Source: the human T2T-CHM13v2.0 reference genome, Homo sapiens | DNA: 64,000 bases | Strand: one strand, 5' to 3' | Assembly (NCBI RefSeq): GCF_009914755.1 | Contig: NC_060931.1 | Part shown: positions 29,349-42,932 of the stretch, in pieces | Position numbering within the stretch: position 1 is the stretch's first letter | Layout of the letters: each line of letters begins with the position of its first letter | Program-made: the position numbers and the translations under genes | Notes under the pieces: generated by a model | Databases searched by the model: none | What the model was told of the DNA's origin: nothing | What the model saw: only the letters and a program-made list of their open reading frames with translations

Positions 29349-30670
29349 GCAGAAGGTTCTGGAGGAACCCCTGGCAGCTGTGGTTCAGTTGTTTGGAGTT
29401 CTTGTGTGCTAGAGATGTGGCTGGGGTTTGTCTCACAGTGGAGGCAAGGAACTGCAACTCAGAAATACCTTGCTACTTGGCTACCTCTACTCTATTATTG
29501 TACACCTTGAAGGCAAGGTTAATTAAGTCCTGTTGTGGGGTTTGAGGGCCAGAATCTAATTTTTGGAGCTTTTTCTAATGCCGGGAGCTGACTGAGTGAT
29601 AAAATGCATATTAAGAATAAGGCGGCCTTCTGGCCCCTCTGGGTCTAGGGCAGTAAAGCATCTAAGGGTTTCTGCTAATGGGCCAGGAACTGGGCTGGGT
29701 TTTTATATTTGATGAAAAAGAGCCTAAATGCTAGCTGATTTGGAAGAGGTCGGATAAAGAAAAAAGAAGCATTAATCTTGACTATGCCTTTAGCTCCAGC
29801 CACCTCTTTAAGAGGAAATTGTTGGGCAGGTGGGGGAGGGCTAGTCGTGGAACGAAACTATAAGCCAGGCCAGGTGTGAGGAGGGGAGGTGATAAAAGGA
29901 TTATAGGGAGGGGGAACAGAGGCTGAGGAAAAATTGGGACCTGGCTTGGCCTGGCAAGGAGCAGCCTGGGGAAGAGGGGAGAGGTCAGATGGGTCCGTAG
30001 AAAAGGAAGATTCAAAAGACTCAGAGACGTTTGGGGTTGGGACTGAAGGAACAGACAGGAGAGAAAGAAAGATTTGGGATGAGTCTCACTGGGAGCAGAG
30101 ACTAGGGAGGGACCAATCTGTAAAAGAATGCTTGGATGTCAGCCACCTCAGACCATTTGCCCATTTTTTGACAAAAATTATCTAGGTCTCGTAGGATGGA
30201 GAAATCAAAAGTGCTGTTTTCTGGCCATTTAGAACCATTGTTGAGTTTGTATTGGGGCCAAGCGGTGTTGCAGAAGAAAATAAGGTGCTTAGATTTTGGG
30301 TCAGGCGAGAGTCAAAGAGGTTTTAAGTTCTTGAGAACACAGGCTAAGGGAGAAGAAGGAGGAATGGAGGGTGGAAGGTTGCTCATAGTGAAGGAGGCAA
30401 GTTTAAAGAGAAGGGTAGAGACACGGAGAAGGGGGGTGGGGAAAAGCCCTGGGCAGCAACGTGGGTGAGCAGCCAAAGCAAGTGTCCCCGCAACTGACTT
30501 GCCACCAAGGGAATGTGGGTGAATGACCAAGGCAGGCATCCCCGCCGAGATCAGACACCAATGGAACGTGGGTGAATACTCAGAGAGGCGTCCCCGCAAT
30601 GATTAAACACCAAGGGAAGGCTGCCTCCCCAAGTCCCTGACTGGCCCTGGAGTTTTGGGTCGGCACCAAA

Positions 30671-31128
30671 TGTCTCACGTGTCCGTGTGAAGAGACCACC
30701 AAACAGGCTTTGTGTGAGCAACAAGGCTGTTTATTTCACCTGGGTGCAGGCGGGCTGAGTCTGAAAAAGAGAGCAAAGGGTGGTGGAATTATCATTGGTT
30801 CTTATAGGTTTTGGGATAGGCAGTGGAGTTAAGAGCAATGTTTTGGGGGCAGGGGGTGGATCTCACAAAGTACATTCTCAAGGGTGGGGAGAACTACCAA
30901 GAAACTTCTTAAGGGTGGGGGAGATTATAAAGAACCTTCTTAAAGGTGGGGGAGGTTACAAAGTACACTGATCAGTTAGGGTGGGGCAGAAACAAATCAC
31001 AATGGTGGAATGTCATCAGCTAAGGCTATTTTCACTTCTGTGGATCTTCAGTTGCTTCAGGCCATCTGGATGTATATGTGCAGGTCACTGGGGATATGAT
31101 GGCTTAGCTTGGGCTCAGAGGCCTGACA
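30671..31128 (-). promoter_or_regulatory. HERV-H 5' LTR (LTR7B-type, 458 bp)
   Basis: Direct repeat of 25223-25652 with three U3 repeat units. Followed on the minus strand by the PBS remnant TGGTGCCG (30661-30668). Confidence 0.92.
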
Positions 31129-31133
31129 GTTGT

Positions 31134-32288
<1,155 letters not shown>

Positions 32289-32540
32289 AAAGTGACAAGT
32301 GTTTATTGTATTTTTTATTTTATTTCCAAGGATACTATTCCATCTGGTGGGAGAGTGCCAATGTATGTTTCTTCATTTACTTAGTACGTTCTGCATGGAG
32401 AACTAAGTTAACTGTCACCCAATTTTTAGTTAATTCCAGTGATCTTTTAGTAGCCCTATTTGGGGTGATCTTAACTCCAGCTGTGGCCCTAGGCCACAGA
32501 AATTTTCATTTTGAAACTTTGGTGTATATTCTTTTAGCTT

Positions 32541-32608
32541 TGTGTGTGTGTGTGTACACACACACGTGTATATATATATATGTATATGTATATAGGTATG
32601 TATATATA
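32541..32608. repeat. (TG)n/(CA)n/(TA)n alternating purine-pyrimidine tract
   Basis: Directly visible. Confidence 0.9.
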
Positions 32609-33246
32609 AAATAAATAAACACAAAAAGGATAATGTTGTACACACTGGTCTTTTAGCTTTTTTTCTCCCCAACTTGTCTAAGAGAAGAAAATCTGACTAG
32701 GTCAAATTCCCTGACAGTGATGGGGTCAAAGCCAAACATGATGCTCATAGGGGTAACTCTCTGGACACCCGTTTCATGCTTCTTCCCTTTGTGTGGTAAG
32801 GCTGGATCCCTGGAGTGCATCAACAGTTTTTCTGTTTTTCTTATTTGTTTGCTCCAACGTATTTGTTGTCCAGATCACAGATGGTAAGACTTAGGCTTCT
32901 GGGGAGCGACAAACCCCACCTAATCTTGAACCCAAACTTCAGAATCCATCCCAGTGTGCCAGAAAGTTGTTCATTACAACTGATCAGAAGCAGATGATAA
33001 AAAGTGGCCTCTTACGTAAGACTTGCTTTTGTTCCTTAAGGTTCTCACTCCTTCATGAACTTCAAAAAGAGACTGAGTGGCAAGGCTAAGAGGGTAGTAG
33101 AGCATTCCTGGGTCCTGTGATCATCAACTCATTACTGTTGTAAAGCCTCTCTGACATTTATTACTGCTTTATTTATGTCATGCTACATGTGGACATTTCC
33201 CCCCTAGTGATACACAGAGATCTACCTCAGCGTTTTAAACCATGAC

Positions 33247-33530
33247 TGTAGTGAACACTGTGATGTGCCCTCCAGGTACCCCATTCAGGGGAAGATTTAT
33301 TGCCCCATGACTGGGAGTGCTGTCTGCAGACAGCCCCAAGCTGCTAGCCATGCAGGATGTGCTCGAGTTGTAGAGCACCACCTCGCCCAAGGTCACACCC
33401 TTCTTAGGTTAGCCCACTTCCAGTGACTGATCACACTGGCATAAAATGACCAGGTTATCTGACCCCATACACGACAATTCTAGCAGGCTATTTTAGTTCC
33501 AGAGCTTCCTCCTGGAGTCAGTTAAAGGTG
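33247..33530 (+). mobile_element. LTR16C-like ERVL LTR, partial
   Basis: TGTAGTGAACACTGTGATGTGCC...CCTCGCCCAAGGTCACACCCTTC. Confidence 0.75.
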
Positions 33531-33649
33531 TCACTGAAGAATGATACATGATACAGCTTTGAGCAAAGAGATATCAACCCAAGTCCAATGGCAATTTCTG
33601 GAAATTTTCATTTTCTTGATAGAAATACTACCCTGTTCTAGCTGGTTTT

Positions 33650-34119
33650 TGTTGTAGGTAGAACAATGACCCTTCCACCTCTAAATATCCATATCTCAAT
33701 CCCTGGAACCTGTGAATATGTTATCTCACATGGCAAAAGAGACTTTGCACATGTGACCAAGACTCTTGAGATGGGGAGATTATCCTGGACGATCCTATAC
33801 AATCAGAAGAATCCACGTAAGAGGGATGCAAGAAGGTTATGATCGGGGAAGGAAATGTTAGAACAGAGGCAGGGAGTAGTAGAGAGTAGTCAGAGAGATT
33901 TGAAGAGGCTGCACTGATGGTGTGAAGATGGAGGGAGGGGCCATGAGCCAAGGAATGTGGACAGCCCCTAGAAACTAGAAAAAAATGAAATAGATTCTCT
34001 TGAGAGCCTCCAAAATGAACACAGCACTACCAATACCTTGATTTTACCACAGTGAAACTGAGTTTAGACTTCTTAACTCTAGAACTGTAGATAATAAGCA
34101 GCAACAGGAAAGCAATACA
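33650..34119 (+). mobile_element. MLT1D-like LTR nested in older MLT1 fragments
   Basis: ATCCCTGGAACCTGTGAATATGTTA...GAGATGGGGAGATTATCCTGGA...CAGCAACAGGAAAGCAATACA. Confidence 0.8.
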
Positions 34120-34895
34120 GCTTCCATTCCCCTTTCTCCTACCTAGACTGTGGATAAAATGGATGGAACCGTGGCAGCTACTTTGACTTTAGGGAGAAAA
34201 GGCCAAGAATTGTACAAATAACTTGTCTTGACACCTTCTGAACTAATGCCAGCAGTTGCCTACCTCCAGATCCACTGTTGTATGAAGAAAGAAGACAAAA
34301 ATAAAAGACAAAAAACACTTCTTACATACTCAAGTTACTTTAATCACATTTGCTTCACATCACAGTTGAATGCAATTCCTATCATGCAGCAGTCAAAAAA
34401 ATGTAATAGAGGTCTTTTATTATTTTGAAAAGATATCCATAACATACATTAAGAGAAAAAAGACATGTTATAAAGTGTCTGAAGTATGAATCTGTGTGTG
34501 ATGAATCGAATGATAAAACATTACTTCTAAGGTTAAATTCCAAAATATTAATTGAAGTTTATCATATTTTGTATAGTTAGCTTCCCTGCTATATTTTGCT
34601 TTTGTAATAAAAGTAAAGGTGTTTAACATTTTTAAGGGAGGCTGATGAAGGCAAGATAGATTCACCAAAAGCAGTTCAAGGATGAATAGCAAGTTAGCAT
34701 AATCAATGTTTATCTGGACATAGAAGAGGAAAATAGAGATTGATTGACAAAAGGAAGTTTTGTAATAAAAACAGGATGTGGCAAAGGCCAAGACAGGACA
34801 TAGAGATAAGTGAGTATTTATACATCGATTCTAGTGGAGTCTAAGGAACGAAAGAACAAGTGTGAACACCAACCAAAAGACCAGAAAACAAATTA

Positions 34896-35249
34896 TAGTC
34901 ATGCATCTCATAATGAAGTTTCCTTCAAGGACAAACTGCATATATGGTGGTGGTCTCATATGATTATAATACTGTATTTTACTATACTTTTCCTATGTCT
35001 AAACATATGTAGACACACAAATACTTACCATTGTGTTACAATTGCCTACAGTACTCAGTACAGTAGCATGCTGTATAGGTTTGTAGCCCAGGGGCCATAG
35101 GCTATATACTATACAGCCTAGATGTGCGGTAGGCTGTACAATCTAGGTTTGTGTAAGTACAGTACACTCTATGATGTCGCACAATGACAAAATCCCCTAG
35201 CGATGCGTTTCTCAGAACATACCCCCCTTTGTTAAATGCTGCATGACTA
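34896..35249 (+). mobile_element. Tigger3a (MER7A) DNA transposon
   Basis: Terminal inverted repeats TAGTCATGCA...TGCATGACTA flanked by TA. Internal ATACTTACCATTGTGTTACAATTGCCTACAG. Confidence 0.88.
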
Positions 35250-35562
35250 TACTTGATTTATACTAACAAATAAGACATTTACTTAAAGTTTACATGTTGC
35301 AATGTTTTCTAAAGAAAAGCCATGTTTTTTTGAAAACACCTCATTCAACCGTTCTGTTCCCCTTTGCTTTATTACTCTTCATAGCACTTTTCTGTCATGC
35401 TATATTTTTTTACCTTGATTATTTGTCTCCTTTACAAGAATTTAAGTACCATAAAAGAAGAGAGTTGGCCTCTTTTTTTCACTGCTCTGTCCCCACTTAG
35501 CACAGTGCCTGGTATACCATTGGTCTCAGTAATTATTTGTTCAGTAAGTAAATATACTACAG

Positions 35563-35760
35563 CAAGGATTGGTAAACATTTCTGTAAAGGGTCAGATAGC
35601 AAATACTTCAGGCTTTAAAGGCCAAGAGGCAAAATTGAGGATGTTACTTAGGTACTTATATAACAACTATTAAAAATGTGAAAACCATTCTTAACTCCTA
35701 GCCATATAAAAATAGGCAATGACTGGATTTGGCCTGTTGTCCATGGTTTGCCAGCTCCTG
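35563..35760 (+). mobile_element. MER58-family hAT MITE
   Basis: TTTCTGTAAAGGGTCAGATAG...GGATTTGGCCTG...TTTGCCAGCTCCTG. Confidence 0.8.
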
Positions 35761-36149
35761 AGCTGAAGAATTAACAACTCAACACAAATAAAAACTATCC
35801 TTCAACTATCCTTACTTAATCTCATAAATCATTTCTGGTTACTTTCAGGAACAAATGTGGGAGCAATATGATAGTTACCAGTTCTGTGTCTTTCTAGAAT
35901 GAGACATGTCACTTTTTCACATCTAAATGTTATAAGGTGATAATTTAGGGTAGGAACAGCTCATCGTAGTAACTATTACTAAAGGCCTGCTCTATGTTAG
36001 GCACAACACCAAGAACTGTGGGTGCACTTCAAGTTTTAAACTCAGCAGCAAAGACACACGCAGACAATAAAATATATTCTTAATTTTTTGAGAAAAGCAG
36101 GCAATCAGCTACAATTTACTCAGAAATTTGAATGAATTCTGTTTTTAAA

Positions 36150-37135
36150 ATTTCCATACAGGGCACATATTAAAGAATGTGTCGTTCTGATTCTAGGATT
36201 GTATGGTGCCAAATCATATCCTGTTTCTTACATTTTTCATCTACCAGGATGTTTTTAAGTTTATTCATGTTCCCGTGCATGCATTTATCTCATTGCTTTT
36301 AACTACAGCTCAATGTCCCACAGGATGCATCTGCCATATATTACGTATTTACTATTCGGTGGACACTTGGGTGGCTTCCAGTCCCCTGTAGCCATAAGCA
36401 CACTGTCATGAACATTCTCACACAGTTCCCTTTGCGGACCTGGGGGAAGCTCTGTTTGAAGGCTTCCCCAGATGGGTGTGCTTTTTATAATTTACCAGCA
36501 GTGCCCAAGGGTTCCCATTTCTCTGTGAACTCTGTGTCTTTTTAGAAAAAGGGATATCACTTTTTCACCTCTAAATGCAATCCTTGCCTTTAACTATCTA
36601 ATAATCACCACTATGATGCGTTTAAGGTGATGATTCCCTGCTTTAATTTGCCTTTCTCTGATTGCTGGTGAAAATTGTACAATTCTCCATATTTCTGCCA
36701 TTTGGGTTTCCCCTTCTGAGACTGGCCTATTTGTAAACTTTGACCATTTTTCTGGTTCTTCTTGCTCTTTTAGAAATTCCTTCGCTGATAATCCATTGGC
36801 ACTTGGGGATAATGTCAAAAAAAAAAAAAAAAAACAAAAACAAAAAACTTCTCCCAGACTGTCACTTACCTGCTAACTCTATAATGACCATCATCTTAAT
36901 GACCTTAAATCTTGGATTTGATACAAATTTTCTGCTTTTTAGATTTTTAAAAGAAAACCCTCCTCATTCAGAGACCACAAATGTTCTCCTAGCTTTTTTT
37001 TCCTTTGTGTTAGCTCTATCATTTCACTCCTTCCCATTTAGTTACTTAATCCATTGGAGATGATTTTTATATGTCATATGAGACCCTATCTTTTCCCCAC
37101 TATTTTGGGATGCCTCCACTAGCCTATACCAAGTT
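36150..37135 (-). mobile_element. Old L1M fragment; probably continues at ~38680-38990
   Basis: GTGGACACTTGGGTGGCTTCCAG, GGGTTCCCATTTCTC, TTTAATTTGCCTTTCTCTGATT. Confidence 0.65.
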
Positions 37136-37547
37136 CATATATATATAGATATACAGACACACATATATGTATATCAGTAAGTCCTCACTTAACATTATTG
37201 ACAGCTTCTTGGAAACTCTGACTTTAAGTGAAAAAACATATGAGGAAACCAATTTTGCCACAGACTAATTGATATAAACAAGAGTTAAGCTCCTTTGGCG
37301 TATTTCTGGTCACAAAAACATTATGAAACTTCTAAATAAAGACCAAAACACTTGCAATATTAAACACTAAAATAAATCTGAGCTATACATACATTTAAGA
37401 AAGATTAATAAAAACAAGATAATTATTTATCCAATTTCTAGTGAGTGACAATGGTTGTGGTAGTGAGTTAAGGAATAAATGTTTGCAAAGAAAAAATGGT
37501 CAGAAGCACCTCCTGCCCCCATGCAGTTCAAAAACAATCAACTCCAA

Positions 37548-38273
<726 letters not shown>

Positions 38274-41259
38274 ACTGAACGCTTTCCTACCACATCAGTT
38301 ACTGTCATGCGTTTGTATGATTATTGTCTACTTTATGAATTTTTATTTGACAATAATTTGTATTCATTCATTTATTATATTGCAACTGGCATATTCCAGC
38401 AGCTCAAAGCATGAAGCGGGAACACACCCTGGAGAGGACACCATCCCACACTCACTCACACTGGGATCGTGTAGACACACCAACTCACATAACATGTACA
38501 TCTTTGGGACGTGGGAGGAAACTGGAATACCCGGAGAAAACCCACACAGACATTGGGAGAACGTGCAGACTCCACACAGTGGAGTTTCCCTGGCTGGGAA
38601 TCCATTTTTTTTCATATCAACATTATAATTAAATGATGTTGAATGAAATTATGTTATCTGAGGATCTGCTGTGCATATATAGTTCTCTATTTCACTGCTT
38701 TGTCTACCTGCAAGTACCACATTATTTTTTTTGTCTATGACTTTGTAAAACATTTTAGTATCTAGTGGTGTGAATCTTCCATTTTATGTTTTTATGTGGT
38801 ATAGTTGCTTTTTCTAATGTGAACCCTTATTCTACTTTATATATTTTGGAAATAGTTTATCAGGTTCCCTACCCTCTCCCCACCCTAATCCCGCAGAAAA
38901 AGAAAAATTTTACCTGAATTTTGGTTGGATTTGCTATGAAATTATAGATTAATTTGGGGGTCAAATTAATATGTTTAAAAGGTTAAGTCAGTTGTGCAGA
39001 ATCTGGATTTTATAAAAAATAAAAGTAAAATGTTGTTTCATTTATGAAACAGGATTATCAGGGAAACCACTACTGTTGGTCTCAGCTGCTTACAGCACCC
39101 AAGCAGTAGTTCACAGAGAAGCTGCCTCGAGTCTGCCACTGTCCCTACTTTTGTCCATAACCATAAATGATGACTTCTATTATCTCTTTCCAAATGTCAT
39201 GCAAATTCCTCTCAGTAGCAGAATCAAACCCAAAAGCTCCATGGCAAGAGGCAGGGATAATGCCAAGTTGACAACTATCCACCCAGTACAAAAGAAAAAC
39301 AAAAAGTTCTTAATAAATGTTAAGTGATTTTCAATAAAGTTTAAAACACACAATATCAAAGATATTTTGAGTCGAAGCATATTTTAACTGATTCAGTGAT
39401 ATGACATATTATTTCACTTGGAAGCATTTCAACTATTTTAAGATTTGCAGAGGCTCACATTTAAAATAGGATGAATCTTTCACAAGGAATAGTATTTCTG
39501 GAAAGATCAAACAGTCAGTATGATATAGTATTCCCTCACTGCTCACCCCTAGCCATAGGTTTATTAAACTGTACCTAGTAAGAACTTTATAATGTAAGAG
39601 GGGCATGAAGAATTTCATGACTGCCCAGACACCAGCAATAAAAATGATTCAATGTGGGGGTGAATATGATTTATTTTACCTAATGTACACACTGTGTGTA
39701 AATGACTGAGTCATTATTGGTTATAAAGTATAAGTAGAATTATTATCCAGAACAGTGGTCTCCAAACTCTATTGATCATACATCTTTGTCCATAAAGATG
39801 CTTTGATCATACACAAATATGGAAATTAAAAAATAAAATTAGAAAGAGAGTTTCTAACATTTCTTTCCAGTTTCCCAATGGACCACCTTATGCAGCTCTT
39901 GTGGGGCACACACCCCCTGTAATGAGCACTGACTTATCTACTCTCCTGTGTTTTGTCCACATTCTTCATCTAGCTGGTCAAAGCTAGGAACTGAATAAAC
40001 GTTGCCCATTACATGTAGAAGGATGCGTTGATCAAGACCTAGAGTCAATACTAAATTAAGCACAAAACTGATCAAGAACTAGAGTCAAGTTCACTCAACT
40101 AAACATCATACCTGCCAGGAGGGGGCAGATGTGAACAGGGCGTAAGAAAATCCCTACTCAGAGACAGAGAATGTGGAAAAAACAAGCAGCTAGAGGGAGG
40201 TGGGGCACAAATTCTACAAGACACACTGAAGCCAGCCAGAGATAGCCCATGGCTAGAACAGGAAACAGTCTGAAAACATCAAACTAAAACCAGAATACAA
40301 AAACAACTGCCAAAGACAGAATAAAGAAAAATGCTGGGGTTGGGGATTTGGGTGTGTAGTTCACAGTGGTGAGTGGAAAAAAAAAAAAAAAAAAAAAAAA
40401 AAAACCAGGAGCTTTCATCCAGAAGCCCAAAGCTGGAGTGAAGAAGAGCTTCAGACAGTGCCAGAACAAATTTCAAGAGCCAGGCAGAAATAGTCAGGAC
40501 TTCCAGGGCTCAGAAGTTTATGAGGCAACTATTTTGAAACTATTCCTGCAAGTAAGACTCTTCTAAAAAAACAAACTAGTATTCTCAGTCTTGTGATTTC
40601 TGATCATAAGGAATTCTCATTCTTTCCAATCTGGGAGATATGCAAGGCTCTGGCAGACTTTTTGAAATGTTAGAGCTCAAAACACAAGTCAAGCAGTTAT
40701 AGCACATTGCTGAGCAGACAGCACACATTCACTGAAGATTTGTTTACCATTGATTTATCCTGCATGAATGATGTTCCACAGAGGAACACTATCCATAGTG
40801 AATACCCCAGGGGCCGTGGAATGTGAAGGCTCTAATGCTCTTCAAGGACCAGGTGCTGTTCTAGGCCCCAGGGATACAGCAATGAACCAGATAGACAAAG
40901 CCCCTGCCCTCCTCACACTCACAATCTAGTGGGACAACAACAAATAAAGAAACAAACAGATAATAAATTCCAGATAGTGAAAGTTCAGTGAAGAAAATCA
41001 AGCAAGGAGATGGACTAGAGTATGCTGAGGGTGGAAAAGGTGGACTCTCCCTTAAAGAGTAGTCGGGGAAAAGACTTGTTTTAGAGATGTGAGCAAGCCT
41101 TGGGAATCTCTGAAGGAAAAGCATCCCAGGCAGAGAGAATAACAAGTGCAAAGTTTCTAAGGAATAAATGACTTGGTGTGTCTGAGAACACAGCAGAATG
41201 GCCAATGTGGCTGGAGAGGACCGAGTGAGAAGAGAGAATGTTCAAAAAGTGAGATTTGA

Positions 41260-41381
41260 TGTTTAGCTTTTTCTGTACTTGTATAGGCCTGATTATGTGG
41301 CTTAGCTAAGGTTTCCTAAAGAATCTTCTAGTAGCTGCCATTGGTTTGTAAAATAAAATTGGGGCTGTAAAAATTCAAAAA
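41260..41381 (+). pseudogene. Orphan polyadenylated retrocopy (3' end of an unidentified transcript)
   Basis: Exact 16-bp TSD AAAAAGTGAGATTTGA at 41244-41259 and 41382-41397. AATAAA at 41352-41357; A-run starts at 41377. Confidence 0.85.
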
Positions 41382-41421
41382 AAAAAGTGAGATTTGAGAG
41401 GTAAGCAGAGCTTGACTTTGA

Positions 41422-41806
<385 letters not shown>

Positions 41807-41917
41807 TATCAGATATGGGTTTTTTAAAGATCACTCTGGTCACAGGGTCTGGCTGTAGGGAATCGGACTGCAGTGTAGGGAATTGGCCCCTGGACTGTAG
41901 GGGCTTAAGAGAGGAAG

Positions 41918-42932
41918 CAGTGGTGTGCTGGAGGCACAAGAGCTATTAAATTTTCAGGAATTTGTGAACCAATTGTTAAACACAACAATTATTGAAAATT
42001 AAATTATATAAACTCACAAATAAGTGATATTAAAAAAGATTGTGAAATGGCATCATTTGTCTGGGGTGATTCCTGAGGTTCGTCATCTCATACCAGGGAA
42101 ATAGAGGAAGCGGACGCACAAGGAGTGAGCTTAAGAGCAAAGGTTTAATCGGTGAAAGAAAGAGAAAAGAGGATAGCTCTCTCTCTTGCAGAGAGAGAGA
42201 GAGAGCAGCGCCCAAGTGGGTCTTCCACTTCTGTGGTAAAATGCACAGGGTTTCATAGACTGGCTTGAGAGGTGGTGTCTGATTTACATAAGGCCCAAAG
42301 ATTGGTTGTACCAGGTGTGACATTTATATAGCGTGGGAAGAAGCTGGCCATCCCACCCTAACCTTTTATTATGCAAATGGGTTTTCTACCTGGCTGATGC
42401 CATGTTGTCTGCTCCTTACTGCACACGAGGTTGACAAAGAAAAGGGAAGATGGAGCCGCCATGTTGAACATGTCTAGCCCCTAGGTAGCCTTTTCCTATT
42501 GGCACAGCTGCCAGCATTCACCTGTGCAAGCTTCCAGCTTGCTTATTATCTCTGTTTGCAGCTTGATTTTACAGGCTGCTCTTTGTTAGAAAAGAAATGA
42601 TTTGGGGGCTGCTTTTCACCGAAAAGAAAACCTTATGGAGGACTTTCTTACCCTTACTGTCTGCCTAAACAATTTCTAGCTCCTGTATCAATTGTAAATA
42701 ATTTTTAAAAATCACTTTCTAATTATTTTACTACATTCACCATTATTGATGCACTGGAGGTTACTTACATCTTTTTATCTGTGCCTCTCTTCCCAACTCT
42801 CTGTTCATTGACATCATGTTGGTAGTTTGAAATGGCCGTGGTGGAAGTGTTTACACCACAGAAACTGGTGAAGACTACAAAGTAGGGCTTTTCCTCTTAG
42901 ACAGCAAGGGGAATGTTTACCATCCACCACTG
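41918..42932 (+). mobile_element. MER63 (hAT-Blackjack) split by LTR9
   Basis: Termini CAGTGGTGTGCTGG...CCATCCACCACTG. Confidence 0.8.
42043..42690 (-). mobile_element. LTR9-family ERV1 solo LTR
   Basis: Minus strand starts TGATACAGGAGCTAGAAA. 4-bp TSD ATTG at 42039-42042 and 42691-42694. Octamer at 42371-42378; YY1 motif at 42455-42466. Confidence 0.85.

Larger units (their letters stand above)
25223..31128 (-). mobile_element. HERV-H provirus with two LTRs, ~5.9 kb, common pol/env-deleted form
   Basis: Paired TG...CA LTRs. Exact 5-bp TSD GTTGT at 25218-25222 and 31129-31133. Polypurine tract next to the 3' LTR (25653-25665). gag/pro/pol remnants. Confidence 0.97.

Noticed and set aside
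40029-40088. Repeat-spacer-repeat as a CRISPR-like array
   Set aside because: Only two units, in a primate context with no cas genes.
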